Assembly: GCF_006345805.1 (NCBI RefSeq)
Contig: NC_043007.1
Location: 61,194,001-61,258,000 of the forward strand
Source: Octopus sinensis
Taxonomy: Eukaryota
DNA: 64,000 nucleotides
Direction of reading: 5' to 3'
Shown here: positions 40,780-49,549 of the stretch, piece by piece
Layout: each line of letters opens with the position of its first letter
Position numbering within the stretch: position 1 is the stretch's first letter
Program-made: the position numbers and the translations under genes
Notes under the pieces: generated by a model
What the model was told of the DNA's origin: nothing
Seen by the model: only the letters and a program-made list of their open reading frames with translations
Database searches by the model: none

Positions 40780-41480
40780 TAGCAGAGGCTATTGTATTCC
40801 ATGTTGGTTGGACAGTTTGACAAGGATCCAATGAGTCGTGGACTGAATCATACTCCAATATTTGTTTTGGCATGGTTTTTACTGTTGGAAGTCCTTCCTA
40901 ATGCCAACCACTTTACAATGTGTATTGGGTGCTTTTTTCATGCCACCAGCACTATTGAGGGCACAATGTAGCTTGAAAGGCAATAAACCCAGGGAAGGAA
41001 GATGTTGCTTCTGTATGCTAGATGGGGGTTAAGGTATGAGGGAAGGATCTGCAGTTGATGGTATGATGTGGGGGGGATTGATTGATTAGGGTGCTCATAT
41101 ATATATGTATATACACACAGTCATATATACGTATACATGTACAATTTATCCCTAAGCAGAGCTTCTAGAAGTCAGTTTCATTATGATGGGTGGGCTTTCA
41201 TAAGAACCTTGCATCACTAGATATCCTGGTCCTTTTTCATTTCCTCTATGAGGCTCAGGGTTCTAAGGTTACCATTCATTTCATCTTATATCTTCCTAGC
41301 ACTTCTTTGTTCACAGGCTCCAGTCACATTCAGTGATCCACACTTCTTTATACAGCTGTCCTCATCCATAAGCATCACATGTCTGTACCAGTGCAGTCTT
41401 CTTTCTTGTACTCTATATCTAATTCTTCTTATGCCTAGTCTTTCTCTCAGTACATTTATAATATGACATTCATATATCTC
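40780..41480 (-). mobile_element. Decayed RTE C-terminus and 3' tail
   Basis: Degenerate LREK.GIRG...RRL.WY.HVM.MDEDSCIKKC-like sequence at 41300-41470 and the shared 3' tail (AAAAAGCACCCA...TTAGGAAGG) at 40780-40960. Further decayed RTE pieces at 36480-36800 (-) and 37330-37690 (+). Confidence 0.6.
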
Positions 41481-41501
41481 TATGTGAGTATGAGTATATA
41501 T

Positions 41502-41537
<36 letters not shown>

Positions 41538-41539
41538 CT

Positions 41540-43570
41540 TGCTATGAAGGTAAAGGTGATGTCTTAGATAGAAATAATTATAGAGGTATCAAATTGTTGG
41601 ATCAGGTGATGAAAGTTGTGGAGAGAGTCATAGCCCAACTAATCAGGGAGAGAGTTAGTCTAGATGAGATGCAGTTTTGCTTTGTGCCAAGTAGAAGCAC
41701 CACAGATGCTATATTTTTGGTAAGGCAACTTCAGGAGAAATATCTAGCCAAAGATAAACCTCTGTACTTGGCTTTTGTTGACTTGGAGAAAGCTTTTGAC
41801 AGAGTCCCCTGATCCATTATCTGGTGACCAATGTGGAAACTAGGGATAGACGAGTGGTTGGTGAGAGCTGTACAAGCCTTGTACAGGGACACTACTAGTA
41901 AGGTGAGGGTGGGCAACGAGTACAAGTAAGGGTTTACCAAAGATTGGCGCTCAGCCCCCTCTTGTTCATCATAGTCCTCCAGGCAATAACAGGAATTCAA
42001 GACAGACTGCCTCTATGCTGATGACCTTGCTCTTATAGCTGAATCATTACCTGAGCTAGAAAAGAAGTTCCAGGTAGGAAACAATGTCTAGAATCAAAGT
42101 TAGAGTTAACCTAGCAAAAACCAAAATCATAGTAAGTAGGAAGGCAGACAAAAATCCCCTCAGGTAGATGGCCCTGCTCAATCTGTAGAAAAGGTGTAGG
42201 TAGAAACTCCATAACATAAACCCGTGTAAGCTTTGGATACACAAAAGGTGCAGCAACATCAAAGGAAGGTTAACAGAGAAACTAACTTTTGTATGTGGAA
42301 GGTGCACAGGCATAATAAATGCTGAACATGTGCAGAAAATTTAGTCCATCAACTGCCAGGGGATGAGTTAGAGGTAGTAGATAGCTTCTGGTATCTAGAG
42401 GATCAGGTTAGTAGAGGATCAGGTGGTTGTTCCAAGTGGACAGCTACGAGAATAAGATTAGGCTGGGCAAAGTTCAGAGAGCTCCTACCCTGCTGGCAAC
42501 AAAGGCCTCTCTCTCAGAGTGAAAGGCAGATTGTTTGATGCCTCTGTGTGAACAGCTATGCTGCATGGTAGTGAAACATGGGCAATAACAGTTGAGGACA
42601 TGTGTAGGCTTGAAAGAAATGAAAGCCAATATGCTTCACCAGATGTGCAATGTCAGTATGCATATTCGACAGAGTGTAAGCATCTTGAGAGAAAAGTTAG
42701 GCATAAGAGGAATCAGATGTGGTGTGCAAAAGAGACAACTGCACTGGTATGGTCATGTGATGCATATGGACGAGGACAGGTGTGTAAAGAAGTGTTGATC
42801 ACTAACCGTGGAGGGAACCTGTGGTAGATGTAAACCCAGGAAGACATGGAACAAGGTGGTGAACTTTGAACCTCACAGAGGCAATGACCAGTGACCGAGT
42901 CCTTTGGCAATGTGCTCTGGTTAAGAGGACCCATCAAGTCAAGTGCACTCTTGCTAGTGGCACGTAAAAAAAATCAACATTTGGATGTTGGGCATCATAG
43001 AGGCAAAGTGACTAAGTACCTTTTGAGCATTGGGTCTGATGGAAGCAAAGTGGCTGAGTTCTTTTCAAGTTTGGGCCTCACAGAGGCGAGGTGGCTGAGT
43101 TCCTTTCGAGCATTGGACCTCATGGAGGCAAAGTGACTGAGTTCCTTTCAAATGTTGGCCTCACAAAGGAGAGGTGGATGAATTCCTTTTGAGTGGGCCT
43201 CACGGTGAGGTGGCTGAGTTCCTTTCAACTGTTGGGCCTCATGGAAGTAAAGTGGCCGAGTTCCTTTTGAGTGCTGGAGGCAATGACCAAGACTTTTGGC
43301 ATTATGTTGTGCTTGAGAAGAAGACCCATCAAGCCGAGGAAAATCGCAATTGTGGCAGATATTGATGTCTTGCAAATGGCACTCATGCCGGTGGTGCGTA
43401 AAAGCACCAATTACACTCTCAGAGTAGTTGGCATTAGGGAGGGCATCCAGCTGTAGAAAACCATGCCAAATCAGACTGGATCCTAGTGCAGCCTACCAGT
43501 GTGCCAGCCCAATCAAACTGTCCAACCCATGCCAGCATGGAAAATAGATGTTAAATGATGATGATGATGA
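41540..43570 (+). mobile_element. Decayed RTE LINE (RT to 3' end) in COX20 intron 3, with ~39-bp minisatellite (about 42986-43280) and (TGA)n tail
   Basis: LLDQVMKVVERVIAQL...AFVDLEKAFDRVP, YADD, MLHGSETWA, LHWYGHV; starts right after (TA)n. Confidence 0.9.
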
Positions 43571-43812
43571 TATATATATATATAACTTTGATAGGTTTCG
43601 GCCAGTATAGGCCCAGGCTGTGCCAGGTTTTTTTACATTTTCTCTCTGCCAAATCTACTCACAAGGTTTTGATCAACCAAGATTATAGCATAAAAAACTT
43701 GTCTAAGCTGCTGCACAGTGGGACTGAACCTGTTACCACATGGTTGGGAAGTGAACTTCTAAACCACACACCAATAGTGCTTATGACTAGAGATTCCAAA
43801 GTTCTACCCTGG

Positions 43813-43850
<38 letters not shown>

Positions 43851-44353
43851 AGATATTGCTATTGTTAGTCTTTGCTCACCCCTTATTGGGATGAATTCTA
43901 CTTGAAGATGTTCTAGATATGACAAACCCTTCTTATTTTCAGATGTAGTATATCTAGGACTACATTATTCAATGTGCCTTTCTGTTTCTAAGACAGTTAT
44001 GTTTGATATAAGGAACACTTGGCTGCTACTTCTGGGAAGTTGGACAATATTTTTGGCATACCCTCTTTTGATTTATAGTAATAACTATCAATACAGATGC
44101 TGAAGAAGTTAAAAAGATATTAATAAATCATTAGTCACCTTTTAAGAGAAGCTATAGAGGTAGTGAAGATGATCGAATTCAGTGTGGATTAAATGTTTTA
44201 TAGTATTTTCATCATGTCTGGTTCTGTGTTGTTTGTTATTTCTATGGCTTTGATACAATAAGTACTAACAATATATAAAGGTGATTGACAATGAAATACT
44301 ACATAAAGTTTGTAATTAGGGAATTTGGTGGCTGTTACTTAATTATCACTTAC

Positions 44354-44416
44354 CATGATGCTGTAGCTAGGATAGCGTATGTTCCAACTCCAACATGGGT
44401 TGCCACCCGTACATTG
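44354..44416 (-). CDS. COX20: COX20 exon 3 (S)NVR-[apparent 1-nt deletion]-xATHVGVGTYAILATAS(W)
   Basis: ttatttttcag acceptor and GTAAGT donor; homologous to human RIRRSCDVGVGGFILVTLGCW (recalled); 63 nt as sequenced, whereas phases 1 to 2 require 3n+1 (64). Confidence 0.85.
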
Positions 44417-44441
44417 CCTGAAAAATAACAAAAGTATACAC

Positions 44442-44482
<41 letters not shown>

Positions 44483-44486
44483 TATA

Positions 44487-44622
44487 GCAGCAAAAAATAT
44501 CACAAAAAAATTAGTTTCAGGTTCCCATTCGTCAGACAGTTTTGTTTAAAATTCTAAACAAAACTGCCCGATGAACAAGAACGTGAAACTCTGAGTAACA
44601 GTTTTTGTGATATTTTTGCTGC
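44487..44622. repeat. Imperfect palindrome of two head-to-head PLE-type hammerhead motifs
   Basis: Arms GCAGCAAAAAATATCACAAAAA...GTTTCAGGTTCCCATTCGTCAGACAGTTTTGTTT and AAACAAAACTGCCCGATGAACAAGAACGTGAAAC...TTTTTGTGATATTTTTGCTGC around an 8-nt loop. Confidence 0.85.
44560..44605 (+). ncRNA. Degenerate minimal type I hammerhead (CCGAUGA core variant)
   Basis: Stem I AAAACUG/CAGUUUU, core CCGAUGA 44568-74, stem II ACA-AGAA-CGU (one mismatch), GAAA 44585-88, near-palindromic CUCUGAG, GUA site after 44597. Confidence 0.6.
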
Positions 44623-44946
44623 TTTTCAATAAAGCACATTACTCTACCTCTGGTATTTGAGTACTATTTTTTCTGCCCTGTTTCGCATTTATGTGCTTAC
44701 TCCGATCGATATATATATATATATATATATATAATTTTGTGAAATAGAAAGATGAATAATCTTGTAGTAGATTAATCAACAGTTTAACCGATACCTTAGT
44801 AGCAAAAATCACAGCAGTAAACAGCACGGTTGGAGGTACAACCATCTGGCGTTGCAACCGTGCGTTGGTGTGGATAATTGAAATTAAAACATTATTGGTG
44901 AATTGAAGAAATGGAGCTGAACGCGGATTGAACAGAAATCGTTTTA

Positions 44947-45035
44947 TTTCATTCTACACGTGTTTCGAAAGGCACAAATTACCAAAATCCGATTGAATAA
45001 TGGGACCATATTGTGTCTTTCTCTTCAGGAAGAAA
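44947..45035 (-). ncRNA. Minimal type I hammerhead ribozyme, left-arm copy (COX20 sense strand)
   Basis: Exact reverse complement of 47335-47423. Confidence 0.8.
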
Positions 45036-45699
45036 AAAGGAAATCCGTTGGAAAAACAAAAACAGAACAGAGGCGGAGCAAAAAACAAATCGAACTGTGC
45101 TCCTAAGAGCCCATGGCGAAACTGTTTATCAGTGTATGTTGAGAACCGGTGGCTGAAGAATTCAACGGGTCAGGCATCGGTCAATCATGTGGGTGAGGGT
45201 GTATAGATGTTCTTTGTGACCGAGAATAAAGATCTGACTATTTAAAGAATATTGGATGTTTTATAAGTGGCGAGAAAAAATCTACTTAGAGACGTGTGTG
45301 TGTGTATACTGTTCTATATATGTGTGTGTTGGCGTAGGGGTAGAAAACATTTTTTGTGTACGTGTGTGCGTTTGATCGTTCGGCTGTCAGTGGCTACTGC
45401 CGTGATAACCGTTGGGTGGCAGAAAGAAAAAAATAAAAAAATTATATATATATATTATGTTTTATGTGTGTGTGTGTTCATCTAAGCCTACCTTGTCAAG
45501 GAAACCTCCCGCTGTGAAAAAACCAAGCCCCGTTTGTCTTACAGGAGTAATTCCCCTTGCAGTGGTCAATCGTAGATATCTTAAAGGCTATTTCAGAATT
45601 TGTTACCAAGGGCTATGGGTGCCGGTATTATTTATAAACGCTATTTAAAGGCCAGATAAGTGTAACGCCGCCAATGGGGGCATCGCAATGGGGGCATCG

Positions 45700-46730
45700 C
45701 AGGCCGGTTATAGGCAGAAGGTAATTTATATTGATCCGGCCCTTCCGATGCCATCATTCGGTCATCAGGATAGGGCCGTATATAATAACATTAACATTTT
45801 AAGTAAGGACGGGAGCGCGGCGGATGCCGGGGTAGTCGCTCCCGCATTTAATTTAGCGAATAAGGACAATTATCGGTTCGGGAGGTCTTACACTAACCCA
45901 AGACCCGTTATTCATCCGAGAATCACCCACCCGAATGCGAGAGCTGGCGTCCCGACCCATCACACTGATAGGAATAAGCATATATGGTTTGTAATCCCCT
46001 TTGGTAAGCAGATTAGAACTAACCTCCCCCTCATGTTTAGACAAGCCAGGGAGTACCCACTAGGGGTATAGTTATAAATAGGGGTGTTGTGGTTGACGGT
46101 AACAATGGGAGTAGGGTAGAGAGCCCCATTAGCATCCCCAGCATCATTTCCCGCAATAGCAGTACCACGGGCAGTAGCAATGACAGCACTCTGATAGATA
46201 GTGGAGAATCAGGGGTTATTCCTATAGTTAATAGTGACGTAGTGGAAAATAGAGTAGTAAGCGGCTGCAGGTCTCGGAACGAATATAGTGACAGGAACGC
46301 AGTTCTAATTTCAGAAACCAATCCTAGCAGATTAAGATTCACGTCGGCGAACTCCAAGATCAAAAACGCCGTCTACCAATGCAAGGTTTACACGGACTCA
46401 GATGCCTTCACTTATGTAGGGGCATCATCCTCAAGATTGTCTTTGCGTGTCTCCAACCATTACGCAACTTTTCGGGACGTGAACAAGCGCCAGACCACGG
46501 GACTCAGTAAGCTAATATGGCGACTGAAGGATGCGAACTTAAGCTATAGGCTGGAATGGTCAATTTTGTCGGTGGCCCTCCCATTTGATAGGGGCAGAAG
46601 ACAGTGCAACCTTTGTGTCTCCGAACTCTTCCATATTTTGTTTGCCAGAGGCCGGATGGTAAACGGGCTCTTACAGTCGGCTTTTCGATGCCCCCATTGG
46701 CGGCGTTACACTTATCTGGCCTTTAAATAG
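45700..46730 (+). pseudogene. PLE ORF C-terminal part: RT-thumb/linker remnant plus GIY-YIG endonuclease, one frameshift near 46045-46060, no RT core
   Basis: AGYRQKVIY and KHIWFVIPFGKQIRTNL match PLE SGY..K..Y and IIWFNPP.S..V.TN.G; then AVYQCKV..YVG, RVSNHY, LSKLIW.LKD, W.IL, CNLCVSE, N, RCPH. Confidence 0.88.
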
Positions 46731-47334
46731 CGTTTATAAATAATACCGGCACCCATAGCCCTTGGTAACAAATTCTGAAATAGCCTTTAAGATATCTACG
46801 ATTGACCACTGCAAGGGGAATTACTCCTGTAAGACAAACGGGGCTTGGTTTTTTCACAGCGGGGGGTTTCCTTGACAAGGTAGGCTTAGATGAACACACA
46901 CACACATAAAACATAATATATATATATAATTTTTTATTTTTTTCTTTCTGCCACCCAACGGTTATCACGGCAGTAGCCACTGACAGCCGAACGATCAAAC
47001 GCACACACGTACACAAAAAATGTTTTCTACCCCTACGCCAACACACACATATATAGAACAGTATACACAAACACACGTCTCTAAGTAGATTTTTTCTCGC
47101 CACTTATAAAACATCCAATATTCTTTAAATAGTCAGATCTTTATTCTCGGTCACAAAGAACATCTATACACCCTCACCCACATGATTGACCGATGCCTGA
47201 CCCGTTGAATTCTTCAGCCACCGGTTCTCAACATACACTGATAAACAGTTTCGCCATGGGCTCTTAGGAGCACAGTTCGATTTGTTTTTTGCTCCGCCTC
47301 TGTTCTGTTTTTGTTTTTCCAACGGATTTCCTTT

Positions 47335-47423
47335 TTTCTTCCTGAAGAGAAAGACACAATATGGTCCCATTATTCAATCGGATTTTGGTAATTTGTGCCT
47401 TTCGAAACACGTGTAGAATGAAA
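47335..47423 (+). ncRNA. Minimal type I hammerhead ribozyme, right-arm copy (PLE sense strand)
   Basis: Stem I UUUCUUC/GAAUGAAA (1 bulge), CUGAAGA 47342-48, stem II GAAAG-A-CACAA/UUGUG-C-CUUUC with long loop, GAAA 47404-07, palindromic CACGUG stem III, GUA site after 47415. Confidence 0.82.
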
Positions 47424-47500
47424 TAAAACGATTTCTGTTCAATCTGCGTTCAGCTCCATTTCTTCAATTCACCAATAATGTTTATATATATATATTATAT

Positions 47501-47535
<35 letters not shown>

Positions 47536-47562
47536 GCATATATATATATATATATATATATA

Positions 47563-47604
<42 letters not shown>

Positions 47605-47611
47605 TATATAT

Positions 47612-47930
47612 ATGGCTTAGTGGTTTAGTGTATTTGGCTCACAATTGTAAGGTCATAAGTTCAATACCTGGTAGTGCATTGTGTCCTAGAACAAGACACT
47701 TTATTTCACATTGCTCCAGTCCATTCAGCTGGCAAAAATGAGAAGTACCTGTAATTCATAGGACTAGCCTTGTCACATTCTGTGTTGCGCTGAATCTCCC
47801 TGGGAACTATGTTATGGGTATGTGTGTCTGTGGAGTGCTCAGCCACTTACACATTAATTTCACAAGTAAGCTGTTTCATTGATTAGATCAATTGGAACAC
47901 TCATTGTTGTAACTGATAGAGTACCAGTTA
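47612..47930 (+). mobile_element. tRNA-derived SINE, family C (GTCC.TGAGCAAGACACTT body)
   Basis: GGCTTAGTGGTTTAGTG...AGTTCAATACC head followed by TGTGTCCTAGAACAAGACACTTTATTTCAC; related piece at 28797-28925. Confidence 0.6.
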
Positions 47931-49065
47931 TACAGGGTGTCCTAGAATTAACTGTCTATTTCAGTGAAATCAAACAATTTTCTAAAAAACTCACTTTTAT
48001 TTATGCTTATCATGTGTAATATGTGTTAAAAGTGGATAGATTTTTTATTTTGTTTATAATTTTTATAATTCTATTTTCATTCCTGTTGGATCTTACTTCT
48101 CTGTCCACGACAGCTTTTTATCAATTTGGCTGCAATCATTTTCTCTACCTCCATCTCCAGGATGGAGCAACAATTTAGCTGAATTTAAAGAATGCATTCA
48201 GTTAGCAGTAGTCCTCTACAGTATCCCTAATGGCAATGATTGCAGTAGAAGTAAGCTCACACAGTGTGATATTTTGATTGAGATTTTGGCATGACTAGTA
48301 TCTCTTCCTATAATCAGCAGTGGTAACCATAGTATGGACTATTTTTCATAAAAACAGCATAAGAGGAACTCTCTTACAAAACTTAGAGCATTCTCTGATC
48401 CTTAGCAGTCTGAATATTTTTGATTAAGACAATAATAAATGGATCAAATATGTTTGTCATGAAAACAACCAGTGGAGAAGTTCATTGTCTAATCTTGAAG
48501 ATTTTGCTATCCAACTGCAACTTGAGTATAAAGTGATTGATCTAGCATAGTCGGTAGTAGACCAAGGTTGATGATTCATTTTATCTAATTCAGCTTCCTG
48601 AACTTGATAAAATAGCACAAGTAATATGCTTTGTTAAATCCAATTGGTTTTTACCCATTCCTGTCCCCACTACCAAAGCCTTTCATTCACACTTTTTCAA
48701 GGCAGTTAATTCTTTCACAAAGCAGAAGGATCTATGGGGCTGGTACTCAGCTCTTGTGTTCTGTAATGTTAAAAGATAAATCTTCATTTGCATACCACTA
48801 TTATATTGGAAGGTATTTCTTTGTGAATTTAGTAGTACACTTAACCCAGGATAGCTCAGGTTACCTGATAGCATGCTCTGTTCAGTACTATGAAATAAGA
48901 CCCAAATAAGAGTCCTTAAAAGAACTTAGATGACACCGGAAAGCATTCACATCTTTTTAGTTACAAAAACCATGAGCAATGTGTCAGTTAGTGTAACCAA
49001 TTCTACTCCACAATCAAAATAAATCAGTATATAAATAAATAAAACAATAAAACATTGAAACTTAC

Positions 49066-49156
49066 TAGTAAATAAAAAATATGCCAAACCACCAATTATA
49101 CCGCTACTCAAGCCAGTCAGAAGTGAATTCCGCATACAGGGTATGTTGGTTATACT
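49066..49156 (-). CDS. COX20: COX20 exon 2 SITNIPCMRNSLLTGLSSGIIGGLAYFLFT(S)
   Basis: ctttgtttctag acceptor, GTAAGT donor, phase 0 to 1; IPC.R.S.L.G...G.....FLFTS is the COX20/FAM36A signature. Confidence 0.93.
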
Positions 49157-49310
49157 CTAGAAACAAAGAAAGCAAAAAAATACTGAGTTAATACATAAGA
49201 TCCAGCATGTAAGAAATATTGTTTGAAAATTTGGCATAAGCCAGCAATTTCTGGGGAGTGGGCAAGTCGATTACATCGAAACCAGTGCTCAACTGTACTT
49301 ATTTTATCGA

Positions 49311-49538
49311 ATCAAGGTAAAAAAAAAGGTCACCATTTAAAAAAGTCCACGGGAAAAAAAGCCACTGGGGTTTCCGGCGGGTGTGTCCGTCCTAGGGGGG
49401 TTTTGTCCGGATCCCATAAATTGTGACTCTTTTTCCTGTGACTTATTTTCCTAGTCAACATTGTGAGTTTATTACTGTGACTCTTTTTTTTTCTAAGCCA
49501 AAACTGACTTTTTTTCTTGGACTTTATTACCGGTCACC
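49311..49538. mobile_element. 228-bp MITE-like insertion with a 10-bp TSD inside a family-A SINE (49220-49670, -)
   Basis: ATTTTATCGA at 49301-49310 and 49539-49548; the SINE sequence resumes after it; repeated (G)TGACT(T/C)TTTT subterminal motifs; left terminus degenerate. Confidence 0.75.
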
Positions 49539-49549
49539 ATTTTATCGAC

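Larger units (their letters stand above)
44733..47483 (+). mobile_element. 5'-truncated Penelope-like retroelement: GIY-YIG coding core between inverted pseudo-LTRs, in COX20 intron 2, flanked by (TA)n
   Basis: Arms 44887-45685 and 46686-47483 are reverse complements (3 substitutions and one 1-nt indel found by eye); the 1000-bp core encodes PLE motifs; CpG-rich; left arm continues as a CpG-rich tail to about 44733. Confidence 0.92.

Noticed and set aside
45000-45648. Duplicated ORFs (MGPYCV..., MARKNLL...) also seen at 46723-47370 minus
   Set aside because: Antisense readings of the non-coding pLTR. One arm is frameshifted relative to the other and there is no recognisable domain; useful only as a marker of the inverted repeat.
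47930-48500. TACAGGGTGTCC mariner-like terminus near 47930
   Set aside because: No partner TIR or transposase motif identified.
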